Assembly (NCBI RefSeq): GCF_004010195.1
Contig: NC_057717.1
Span: forward strand, 105,976,592 to 105,996,591
Direction of reading: 5' to 3'
Source: Chiloscyllium plagiosum
Taxonomy: Eukaryota
DNA: 20,000 bases
A model generated the notes under the pieces. The model was not told the origin of the DNA. It saw only the letters and a list, made by a program, of their open reading frames with translations, and did not search any database. How positions within the stretch are numbered: position 1 is the first letter of the stretch; the number at the start of each line of letters is the position of its first letter. Shown here piece by piece: positions 1-9,350 of this stretch. Position numbers and translations under genes: made by a program.

Positions 1-31
1 GAGCTGCCACAGAATGATGCACAAATGAACA

Positions 32-154
32 NNNNNNNNNNNNNNNNNNNNNNNNNNNNNNNNNNNNNNNNNNNNNNNNNNNNNNNNNNNNNNNNNNNNN
101 NNNNNNNNNNNNNNNNNNNNNNNNNNNNNNNNNNNNNNNNNNNNNNNNNNNNNN
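32..154. other. Assembly gap (123 N)
   Basis: Run of N seen directly. Confidence 1.
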
Positions 155-450
155 CTCACCCTAAACCTATGCCCTCTAGTTCTGGACTCCCCAACCCCAG
201 GGAAAAGACTTTGTCTATTTATCCTATCCATGCCCCTCATAATTTTGTAAACCTCTATAAGGTCACCTCTCAGCCTCCGACGCTCCAGGGAAAACAGCCC
301 CAGCCTGTTCAGCCTCTCCCTGCAGCTCAAATCCTCCAACCCTGGCAACATCCTTGTAAATCTTTTCTGAACCCTTTCAAGTTTCACAACGTCTTTTCGA
401 TAGGAAGGAGACTAAATTGCACGCAATATTCCAATAGTGGCCTAACCAGT
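155..450 (-). mobile_element. CR1-clade LINE ORF2 C-terminal fragment, cut by the gap
   Basis: Minus strand reads [75 protein letters not shown], typical post-RT CR1 motifs. Confidence 0.92.
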
Positions 451-599
451 AGTTAAAGTTAGGTGCTGAGGTGAAGGGTCAAACCCTCAAAATCCTGCCA
501 ATTTTCCCTCTGCCCATTCTTTTCCTTGACTGAATGCACTGACGGACTCATGGGATCTAGTTCCCAGACAGCAGTTATCAAAACCTGGAGCTGGATTGT

Positions 600-830
600 G
601 GGAAGCATTAAAATCAAAGCCACCGCTGTCCTGATCCAACATGCACACATGCTGCCTGATTTGGGAGGGGGTCAGTGGGAGGGAGCGGAACTTCTGACAC
701 TTTCTTTCTCTAGTTTTGGGGTGCTGAAACCAACGGCGATGTTCCAGCTGCACCTAAGTAGTGACCTGATCAGGCTGGGATTCGCCACATCTTTAGGGGT
801 CAGTTGCACTCTGCTCACTTTGCCAATCAG
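600..830 (-). mobile_element. Degenerate LF-SINE-like fragment (tentative, edges approximate)
   Basis: Blocks such as gggggtcagtggga-gggagcggaac and ctag..ggggtgctgaaaccaa resemble the reverse complement of the LF-SINE body as I remember it; not aligned. Confidence 0.35.
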
Positions 831-1305
831 GAGCACTTAGACGAAGCTGTTTTGCCATTTTTCCAGCTGAAGATGGGGGTGTCCTTTAAACAGACTCAAT
901 CCCTCTGCCCTTCCCTGCTGCTTTAAGTTTAAATAATATAAAAATATGCACAATGTAGTAAAAGGGATGAAATTGGTCAGCTAGTACTTTCAAACAGGCA
1001 TTAGCAAATATGTGTCCAATCCAAGATCAGGTTCACCGCCCAATATCTTTTAGGGATCAAATCATATTGACACAGGGATTATGACTTGCTTTCCGATGTT
1101 ATTGAATCCCGTGAAGTGTTGTTACTTTGGAAGGTGTTCCAGCTTGACATTTACTGGATTCTCTCACAATAACTTGCGGTGAACACCAGTGTGGTATTAA
1201 TCTGTTGGTACCAAACTCCAACAACGCCTGGACCTGCTGGTTCCCCAGCCCAGTATTTAAACCATCAACCAAACACACATCACAAAGTGGGTAAAGGATA
1301 CTGAC

Positions 1306-1373
1306 TTAGCTTTCGGTTAATTTGTTCTATCTCTTTCCGCAATGATTCACATTCCTCCCATAGAAATTTTTTA
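1306..1373 (-). CDS. CCDC159: CCDC159-like coding exon 6 (68 nt): (S)KKFLWEECESLRKEIEQINRKL
   Basis: Acceptor ttcttcttttacag and donor gtcagt. Phase 2 start joins the previous exon (AG+T=Ser). AEIHESKKFLWEECESLRKEI resembles the remembered human CCDC159 segment QEIRDSKKFLWEELELVREEV. Confidence 0.85.
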
Positions 1374-1682
1374 CTGTAAAAGAAGAACAAAAATAACCGA
1401 GTTAATCCCTTGATTCTGACATTGTTGGGGAATATTTTATGTGGAGATGGGGCTCTCCCCATGTGGATGACGTGGAACCACATGTCCCTCTACCATGTGA
1501 TCATTTGATTTCGATTGATACCTGATCAATTGTTAATTGTTGTAAAATTATCCCCATCCTTTGTGAATCTGTGCTATCGATTAGCAGCACTTCAAGTTCA
1601 CTGAAGTTGAGGAAGACAAAGCCAGAGCAAGAGAAGGCCATTCAGCCCATCAATTCCACTGGGTTGGGTTGGGGGAGCAGTC

Positions 1683-1763
1683 TGTTGGGGTGTTCCTCAG
1701 AGGGTCGGTGTGGACTCCATGGGCCAAATGGCCTGCTCCCACACTGTAAGGAATCTATGATTC
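1683..1763 (+). mobile_element. CR1 LINE 3' terminal fragment
   Basis: gagggtcggtgtggactccatgggccaaatggcctgctcccacactgtaaggaatctatgattc: terminal hairpin gggcc-aaat-ggcct plus short-repeat tail. Confidence 0.75.
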
Positions 1764-1835
1764 CTGGGATGAGCTATCACTGAACACTGACTAGTTTTAG
1801 TCTCCGAAGTCTTTCTTTCAGTTTACATCACGTAC

Positions 1836-2040
1836 CTCTCATGTATTTCTGCAGCAAGTTCTTCAGCATGGTTGCTGGAGTCTGTTGTCTGGACTTGGTT
1901 CTCCATTTGCTGGACTGGCTCCTGTATTTTGGTCAGGCCTGAGGACAGTTCTTTCTTCCAGTCTTCAATTTTTCTGTCTATCACTAAATTAATCCTGTCC
2001 TCTTCAATATTACTGCTCATGCTCAGTCTCCTCACTTCAG
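1836..2040 (-). CDS. CCDC159: CCDC159-like coding exon 5 (205 nt): (A)EVRRLSMSSNIEEDRINLVIDRKIEDWKKELSSGLTKIQEPVQQMENQVQTTDSSNHAEELAAEIHE
   Basis: Acceptor ttctgtcttccacag and donor gtacgt. Open frame (ORF 1823..2035), coiled-coil-like composition, phases 1 and 2 fit both neighbouring exons. Confidence 0.85.
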
Positions 2041-2231
2041 CTGTGGAAGACAGAAGTAGTTTCCAATGGGATGAAAATGGTTATGGTGTTGGTCAGATTT
2101 TGGCTGGGGAAATGGTGGATCACCACTTCCTACAGGCAGCAGAGTAAGTCAGCAATTGGGCTGCATTATGCCATTGTTTATGTTACAGTCACTCCCCTCT
2201 CCACTCGTACCTTTCCTGTAGCATTCTGGTA

Positions 2232-2718
2232 CAACAAACAGGGGCAGGACCTATACATTCAATAGGAGGGTAGTGTTGTAGAATAGAGGGATCAAGGGGT
2301 TCAGACACATAATTCTTTGAAGTTTGCATCACATGTAGACAGAGTGGGCAAGAGGTTTATAAAATAATGAGGGGTGTACATAGGGTTAACGGTAGGTGTC
2401 TATTCCCTATGATGGAGGATTTCAAGACTAGGAGACATAATTTAAAGGTGAGAGGTTTAAAAAAGGCACAGGTGACAAATCTTTTTTTTTTAAAACACAG
2501 AGGGTGGTTTACGTGTGGAATGAGCTTCCTGAGGACGTGGTGGGTGCGGGTATAGTTACAACATTTGAAAGACATTTGGATAAGTCCATGAATAGGAAAG
2601 GATTGGAGGGATATGGGCCTGGAGCAGGCAGGTGGGACTAGTTTAATTTGGGATTATGGTCGGCATGGAGGGATGGACGCAAGGGTCTTTTTCTGTGCTG
2701 GATGAGTCTATGACTCTA
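2232..2718 (+). mobile_element. Decayed CR1 LINE 3' portion with internal deletions
   Basis: Remnants of ..YKIMRG..FKTRRHNLKVR..TQRVV..WNELP; ends in tctgtgctggatgagtctatgactcta tail. Confidence 0.85.
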
Positions 2719-2905
2719 GGTCCCATTTTACAAAGAGAGCTGGCATTGTAAGTGTGCACAGACTTTTGACTATGGAGGGTCAACAATGCTACCATCTCCA
2801 CCCGCACCCTACCATGCATCCGCCAATCTAAACTTGTCCTTCCATTGATAAATATAAACACAACCAAAGCAAACCGTCACTAGGGCTTAAATACAGAACA
2901 TGCTG

Positions 2906-3190
2906 GGGAGGTGGTGGTGTACTGGTGTTGTCACTAGACTAGTAACCTTGAATATAGGGAAATGGATTCAAATCACACCATAACAAATACAATAAAAATC
3001 TGAAATAAGAAGCGAGGTCCAGTGATTATTGTCAATTATTGTAAAACCTCATGTCGTTCACTTAATGTTCTTCAAGGGAGGAAATCTGCCATGCTTGCTT
3101 GGTCCAGCCAACGTGTGACTCCAGACCTAAGCAATGGTGATTGACTCTGGGATGGGCACTGAATGCTGGCCTATTCAGTGATACCTACAT
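2906..3190 (+). mobile_element. tRNA-derived SINE, SacSINE1/Deu-SINE-like
   Basis: A-box-like ggtggtgtactgg, B-box-like ggattcaaatc, body gggaggaaatctgcc..tgtgactccagac..gggatgggca..aatgctggcct; a related inverted copy lies at 15245-15558. Confidence 0.7.
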
Positions 3191-3467
3191 GTGACACACA
3201 AATGGTTTAAAATCTGTATTTCTCACACTATAATTGTTGGTGCGTCAAATCACTGAGCCACTGGCTCCTCTAACAGATGTGCAGACATCTTTGGGTAGTG
3301 CTAGAGCTGACCAACAAGAAACTCCTGAGAAATGTAGCTAACAGGATGCGATAGTATTGGCCAGTTCCTGAAGCCTGCCCTTGCACATACCAGTCATTCT
3401 CTGCCAATCCCTATTATCAGTGTCCCACCTGCCTGGCCTGTGTACATTTTAGAGATCTATGTCCTAC

Positions 3468-3549
3468 CCTCCAGTAGTCGGATCTGCTGCTGATGGTGGC
3501 TTCGCTCTTTTGCCAGGAGGCTCACTGTTTGGTTCAAGGATTCAATGGT
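3468..3549 (-). CDS. CCDC159: CCDC159-like coding exon 4 (82 nt): TIESLNQTVSLLAKERSHHQQQIRLLE(A)
   Basis: Acceptor ctttattcctag and donor gtagga; phase 0 to 1. Resembles remembered human AFEFLNHSVTMLEKESCLQQIKIQQLE. Confidence 0.85.
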
Positions 3550-3947
3550 CTAGGAATAAAGTAAACTGTCAGAACAAGATCAAAGATGTATCTCATTGGC
3601 ACTGCACATTATTACAAGCCATGACAATTTCAGTTAGTTACACAGAGAGAAGATTAATTAGGAACACACTAGCATCTGTTTTAAGAGACTGGGAACAGAT
3701 TAGGTAAGTGAACAGATAATGCAGGGGAGGGGTATAAAGACCTACATTCCCACTCATTGGTATTGAACAAGACCCACTCTGGTTTGCATCTGTGATACAT
3801 TTCCTACATTTACATGGCTGTGTATCTGGTCTGATATCTCAGTTCCTACCAGCACTGCAATCTGCAAAGGGCCACTCCATCAGGTGGACATTAACCCAAC
3901 ATTCAGACTTGGATCTCCCACTTGCTAGTCTTGGGACAATAACGACA

Positions 3948-5043
3948 TAGGAGAAAGTGAGGATGCTGGAGATCAGAGTCAAGAGTGTGGTGCTGAAAAA
4001 GCACAGCAGGTCAGGCAGCATCCGAGGAGCAGGCAAACTGATGTTTCAGGTATAAGCTCTTCATCAGGAATGAGGCTTGTGGGGCAGGGGGCTGAGAGAT
4101 AAATGGGAGGGGTGTAGGGTTGGGGGAAGTAGCTGAGAAAGCGATAGGTAGATGAAGGTGACGGAGAAGGTGATAGGTCGGGGTGAGGTGGAGCTGTTAG
4201 ATGGGAAAGGTCAGGAGGGTGGTGCCGAGTTAGAGGCTTGGGACTGGGATAATGTGGGAGGAGAGGAAATGAGGAAACTGTTGTAATCCACATTTATCCT
4301 GTGTGGTTGCAGAGTCCCATGGTCTCTCTGGATAGAGGTGGAGAGCAAAATAAATCTCTGGTGGTGGGGTCCATTTGTAGGTGGTGGAAGTGGTGGAGGA
4401 TGATGCAACGTAAACGGAGGTTGGTGGGGTGAAAGATAAGTACTGGGGGTTCAGTCTTTGTTGCGTTAGGAGGGATGGGGTTTAAGGGCAGTGGTGCAGA
4501 AAGTGGAGGAGAAACGCTGGGAAGGGAAGTTGCGATCATGGAAGGAGGAGGCCATCTGGGATCTTCTGAGGTGGAATTGGTCTTCCTTGGAATGGATGTG
4601 CAGAGGCAGAGGAATTGGGAATCAGGGATAGCATTTTTACAGGAGGTAGGGTGGGAGGTGGTGTAGTCTAGGTAGCTGTGGGAGTCGGAGGGCCTGTATA
4701 GATGTCCATGTTAATCAGTCACCGGAGACAGAGATGGAGAGGGCCAGGAAGGGGAGGGAGGTGTCCAAGATGGTCCAGGTGAATTTGAGGTCGGGGTAGA
4801 AGGTGTTGGTAAAGTTGATGAACTGTTCAACCTCCCTGTGGGCGCAAGAGGTAGCGCCGATATACAGTCATCGATATAGCAAAGGAACAGGTGGGGGGTG
4901 GCGCCGGTGTAACTACTGAAGATGGACTGTTCCACGTACCCGACAAAGAAGCAGGCATAGCTGGGTCCCATGTGGGTGCCCATGGCTACCCCTTTGGCTT
5001 GGAGGAAGTGGGAGGATTGGAAGGAAAGGTTGTTGAGGGTGAA
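3948..5043 (-). mobile_element. Penelope-like retroelement, 5'-truncated and internally deleted; RT fragment plus 3' terminal region
   Basis: ORF 4711..5145 contains TLNNLSF..FLQAKGVAMGTHMGPSYACFFVGYVE..YIDD (PLE-type RT). The tail has the cctgatga..gaaa motif. No GIY-YIG motif seen. Confidence 0.88.
4037..4072 (-). ncRNA. Degenerate minimal hammerhead ribozyme motif in Penelope tail
   Basis: Minus strand attc-CTGATGA-agagcttatacct-GAAA-catc; stems are decayed. Confidence 0.5.
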
Positions 5044-5108
5044 GGGTTTGGAGGAAGTGGGCCTCACCCTCAACAACGTCTCCTTCCAATATTCCAGGAT
5101 ATTCCAGG

Positions 5109-5632
5109 AAGGATGTAGCTGGTCCAACCACTTAGTTTTAAACAAAACAGAAGAATTTATGTAAACATTATGTATGGAACACGAACAAAGGAGAACAGAA
5201 TTTAGGATAACAACTTATCTGCAAACCTGACTGACTCTATTGCAACTTACTGAAGAACTATTCCAATTTCCTGCTACATTCCCATAAACACACGTCTTGG
5301 CAAAAAAAAAGGTGAATTCAAACCCAGGTTCTCACATGAGAGACGTTAGAGAGAGAGGATAATCTGGGTATCATTTACTGAAGCAGGTAGCTGCTTCTCT
5401 GTCCCCAGCACTCTCCAAGTGCTAAAACTAAACCAAACTAGAAAAATCCCTGAACTGGGAGAACTGGTCGCTCCCCTTTCATTTCACAATTGTTTTAAAA
5501 AACCTAAAGGTCTCCTCTGGTTGTTGACTTAGGCAGTGTCTGGCAGCCATGTGAGCACCTCTGCCTTTTACAACCCCTTCGGAGAAAAAAACAAGGACAA
5601 CATAACCTTGTTAAAGGAGCAGCATTGTCGCA
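5109..5632 (-). mobile_element. Possible solo-LTR-like repeat (tentative)
   Basis: Non-coding block ending ..gcattgtcgca (TG start on minus strand); no PBS, PPT or TSD identified. Confidence 0.25.
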
Positions 5633-5995
5633 TTGTGGGTATGGTGTTGGATGTTCACTGTTCATGGACTAGATACTGTCAATATTCAGCAGGAATCTAG
5701 AGTGAGACTTGAACCTGTAACCTCCCTGTTCAGAGACAGGAATGTTACCCCTGGAAGGCATGTGTAACCCAGACAATAAGATACAAGGAGTGTGTTACAG
5801 AGGATATCATGATAATAGAAAGGTGCTTTATAAAAAATACTAGACCATGAACAGTGGGTGCCTAATCATTTATAGCACTTGATTTGGAGTGTCACGGTGT
5901 GTTACATAGGCTATGTCACATGCGGGCAACAGTACAAGAGAAAGAAATAACTTGCAGAGTCACAAGAATAAAGTTCACTTTCGCCTGAGCCTTAC

Positions 5996-6114
5996 TCTGG
6001 TTTGGACTTCAATGTGGAACTTGATGACCTCGAGCTCATCCATCAGGTTCTTACTGCCAGGTGGAGATCCCAAATGGTTGTCAGTGAAATTCCGCACCTT
6101 ATTAAACGGAGGGT
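5996..6114 (-). CDS. CCDC159: CCDC159-like coding exon 3 (119 nt): (D)PPFNKVRNFTDNHLGSPPGSKNLMDELEVIKFHIEVQTR
   Basis: Acceptor ttgtattgcag with an in-frame TGA just upstream; donor gtaagg; phase 1 to 0. LMDELEVIKFHIEVQTR resembles remembered human LRCELESLKSQLQAQTK. Confidence 0.8.
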
Positions 6115-6238
6115 CTGCAATACAAGCAACGTTCAATCAGATCTGCTGGTCAAATGGGGTCATTCTTTGAAATCAAGATAAACACTTGTGCTGGTGGACA
6201 GCAGGTTTGATTGAACAGCAATATGTATCTGTCCCCAC

Positions 6239-6272
6239 CTTTCTGGTGACAGCCGCCAAACTTCAACGTCTG
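6239..6272 (-). CDS. CCDC159: CCDC159-like coding exon 2 (34-nt micro-exon): QTLKFGGCHQK(D)
   Basis: Strong pyrimidine tract tttctttttccattgcag (CAGCAG tandem acceptor) and donor gtgggg; phase 0 to 1 bridges exons 1 and 3; 124-nt intron follows. Confidence 0.65.
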
Positions 6273-6559
6273 CTGCAATGGAAAAAGAAATATTAGGGAA
6301 AAGAATATCAGTGTTTCGAAACTACCATCGAGGACTCTGAGACTGGCTCTACGAGATCCATTCTGTACTCTACACACAAACATACTGGGTGCACTGTCAG
6401 CTTACTACACCATTTTGCCAACAATCTTACTCCCCCTCTCCTTATCCATTTCTTTTGAAATCACATTCAGAATTAAAGTATCTAGTTTTTAATGTCTCAA
6501 TGGGTTCTGGAGTTATGTTCAGATTTTTAATTATTCACACCAGGGCCAACTGTATGTAC

Positions 6560-6657
6560 ACGCCTGTTCTGCTAGCTGATATCAGCTGACTACAGCAGTC
6601 CAAGTAACTGAACCATTAGGGGTTCCTCCTCAATTGCTATCCAGTCTCTCCATATGG
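6560..6657 (+). mobile_element. Degenerate LF-SINE-like fragment (tentative)
   Basis: tagctgatatcagc..ggggttcctcctcaattgctatccagt resembles remembered LF-SINE blocks ttagctgatctcagc and gggttcccgctcctgatcgctatccagt. Confidence 0.4.
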
Positions 6658-6762
6658 GAGAAACTGGAAATCAGAGTCAAAACGTGTGGCGCTGGAAAAG
6701 CACAGCAGGTCAGTGCTGCAGGAGACTCAACGTTTCAGGCATAAGCTTTTCATCAGGAATAG
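6658..6762 (-). mobile_element. About 105-bp Penelope terminal fragment with hammerhead motif and target-site duplication
   Basis: Homologous to 3948-4072 and 17532-17656; flanked by ctctccatatgg (6646-6657) and ctctctatatgg (6763-6774). Confidence 0.8.
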
Positions 6763-7330
6763 CTCTCTATATGGCCAATGTGCAGATGAAATGTAGGTGA
6801 GCATCAGCACCACTTAGTGGCCTCCCCCCCCCCCCCACTACTGGAGTATTTGATTGGAGTGAACACTTTTCCTGGATCAGTTTTGGGAATTTATCTTTAA
6901 TAATTCAGAAATTTCAAACAGATTGTCTTGAAGGAAATTTCCATAGGAACCAAACCCAATCACCTCTAGATTCCGGATTCCTAAAATCATCTTAAGTTTC
7001 CCTGTATCCCAGCTCTTGCCTAAGTTAGGAAGGATGATTGTACAGTTGGCACAATGCAGACTACCTAGCCACCCAGGGTGGACAGGAGCAGCAACTGTTT
7101 GTGCCAACAGTTTTGGTGACCAAACATTTTTTTGCAATTTGTTTTAGGCACAGCCATAAAATGAGAAATTGTCCCAATACAGCACAGCATCTCAATATCT
7201 GTCATTGCTCTGGGACCAGAAACACAAGTAGGCAAGCAATGATCTTAACATGCTGTCTGCAGGAGGAAATAGTAGATGATGACTCTCACAACTCAATTCC
7301 CAAACAGCCTCCTCAGCTGGTTAATGGGCA

Positions 7331-8089
7331 ACAAGATGAGGCCATTCAGCCCCTTGTGTCTGTGACAGAGGGACAGGAGGAGGCCATTCAGCCCCTTGTG
7401 TCTGTTACAGAGGGACAGGAGGAGGCCATTCCACACCTTGAGTCTGTGACAGAGGGACAGGAGGAGGCCATTCAGCCCCTCAGGCCTGTTACAAAGGGAC
7501 AGGAGGTGGCCATTCAGCCTCTCGGGTCTGTTACAGTGGGACAGGAGCTGGCCATTCAGCCCCTCAGGCCTGTTACAAAGGGACAGGAGCTGGCCATTCA
7601 GCCTCTCGGGTCTGTTACAGTGGGACAGGAGCTGGCCATTCAGCCCCTCAGGCTTGTTACAGAGGGACAGGAGGAGGCCATTCAGCCCCTTGTGTCTGTC
7701 GCAGAGGGACAGGAGGAGGCCACTCAGCCTCTCAGGTCTGTTACGGAGGGACAGGAAGACGCCATTCAGCCCCTCAGGTCTATAACAGAGGGACACGAGG
7801 AGGCTATTCAGCCTATCGGGTCTGTTACACAGAGACAGCAGGAAGCTATTCAGCCCCCATGCCTGTTAAAGAGGGACAGGAGGTGGCCATTCAGCCCCTT
7901 GTGTCTGTTACAGAGGGACAGGAGGAGGCCATTCAGCCCCTTGTGTCTGTTACAGAGGGACAGGAGGAGGCCATTCAGCCCCTTGTGTCTGTTACAGAGG
8001 GACAGGAGGAGGCCATTCAGCCCCTCATGCCTGTTACAGAGGGACAGGAGGAGGCCATTCAGCCCCTTGTGTCTGTTACAGAGGGATAG
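7331..8089. repeat. 42-bp minisatellite, left arm (18 units, one of 41 bp); consensus gccattcagccccttgtgtctgttacagagggacaggaggag
   Basis: gccattc-type motif recurs at 7341, 7383, 7425 ... 7845, then 7886 ... 8054. Confidence 0.98.
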
Positions 8090-9002
8090 GAGGGTGCATG
8101 GTATTGGGGGCAAAGTACTAACTTGGATTGAAAGTTGGTTGGCTGATAGGAAACAAAGAGTAGTGATAAACGGCTCCATTTCGGAATGGCAGGCAGTGAC
8201 CAGTGGGGTACCGCAGGGATCAGCACAGGGACTGCAGCTTTTTACAATATATATTAATGATATAGAAGATGGTATCAGCAATAACATTAGCAAATTTGCT
8301 GATGATACAAAGCTGGGTGGTGAAAGTTGCCACTCAGGTGGATAGAGCTTGTAAGAAGGCCTATGGTGTATTAGCATTCATTAACAGAGGGATTGAATTC
8401 AAGAGTCATGAGGTGACGTTGCAGCTGTACAGGACCTTGGTAAGGCCACATTTGGAGTACTGTGTGCAGTTCTGGTCTCCAAGTTTGAGAAAAGACATTC
8501 TGGCTATTGAGGGGGTGCAGCGTAGGTTCACGAGGTCAATTTCTGGAATGGTGGGATTACCTTACACTGAAAGACTGGAGCGAGTGGGCTTGTATACCTT
8601 TGAGTTTAAAAGTCTGAGAGGGGATCTGATTGAGACATAAGATTATTAAAAAATTGGATACTCTGGAGGCAGGAAACATGTTTCTGCTGATGGGTGAGTG
8701 CCGAACCAGAGGACACAGCTTAAAAATACGGGGTAGACCATTTAGGACAGAGCTCAGGAGAAACTTCTTCACCCAGAGAGTGGTGGCTGTGTGGAATGCT
8801 CTGCCCCAGAGGGCAGTGGAGGCCCAGTCTCTGGATTCATTTAAGAAAGAGTTGGATAGAGCTCTCAAAGATAGTGGAATCAAGGGTTATGGAGATAAGG
8901 CAGGAACAGGATACTGATTAAAGATGATCGGCCATAATCATATTGAATGGTGGTGCAGGCTCGAAGGGCAGAATGGCCTACTCCTGCACCTATTGTCTAT
9001 TG
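8090..9002 (+). mobile_element. 5'-truncated CR1 LINE (RT core to 3' end) inserted in the minisatellite; internal deletion near 8320 and an in-frame stop at 8638-8640
   Basis: HGIGGKVLTWIESWLADRKQRV..SGVPQGS..FADDTKLGG, then LVRPHLEYCVQFWSP..RGDLIET*..RTRGHSLK..FFTQRVV..WNALP; tail gggcagaatggcctactcctgcacctattgtctattg. Confidence 0.96.
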
Positions 9003-9350
9003 AGGAGGCTATTCAGCCCCTCAGGCCTGTGGCAGAGTGATAGGAGAAGGCCATTCAGCCTCTCGGGCCTGTGACAGAGGGACAGGAAGAGGCCATTCAG
9101 CCCCTTGTGTCTGTTACAGAGGGACAGGAGTAGGCCATTCAGCTTCTCGATCCTGTTACATAGGGACAGGAGGATGCCATTTAGCCCCCTGTGTCTGTTA
9201 CAGCGGTACGGGAGGATGCCATTCAGCCCCTCGGTCCTGTTACAGAGGGACAGGTGGAGGCCATTCAGCCTCTCGGGTCTGTTATAGAGGAATAGGAAGA
9301 GGCCATTTGGTCTCTTGAGTCTGTTACAGAGGGACAGGAGGAGGCTGTTC
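9003..9350. repeat. 42-bp minisatellite, right arm (8 units plus a partial, more diverged)
   Basis: Motif recurs at 9008, 9050, 9092, 9134, 9176, 9218, 9260, 9302, 9344. Confidence 0.97.

Noticed and set aside
25..456. 143-aa plus-strand ORF
   Set aside because: It spans the N gap and is the antisense of a CR1 fragment.
1836..2040. ATF7IP-like coiled coil as the identity of this exon
   Set aside because: Only generic coiled-coil resemblance; the adjacent SKKFLWEE exon and the TMEM205 neighbour fit CCDC159 much better.
5690..5755. tRNA gene on the minus strand (B-box-like ggttcaagtc)
   Set aside because: No cloverleaf can be built; at most a decayed SINE head.
7293..8377. Minus-strand ORFs with LLLSLCNR repeats (superficially leucine-rich-repeat-like)
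   Set aside because: These are antisense readings of the 42-bp minisatellite and the CR1; no splice or homology support.
7331..9350. CRISPR-like or retron-like repeat-plus-RT system
   Set aside because: The variable parts are recurring point variants rather than spacers, and the RT is a truncated, deleted, stop-containing CR1 fragment.
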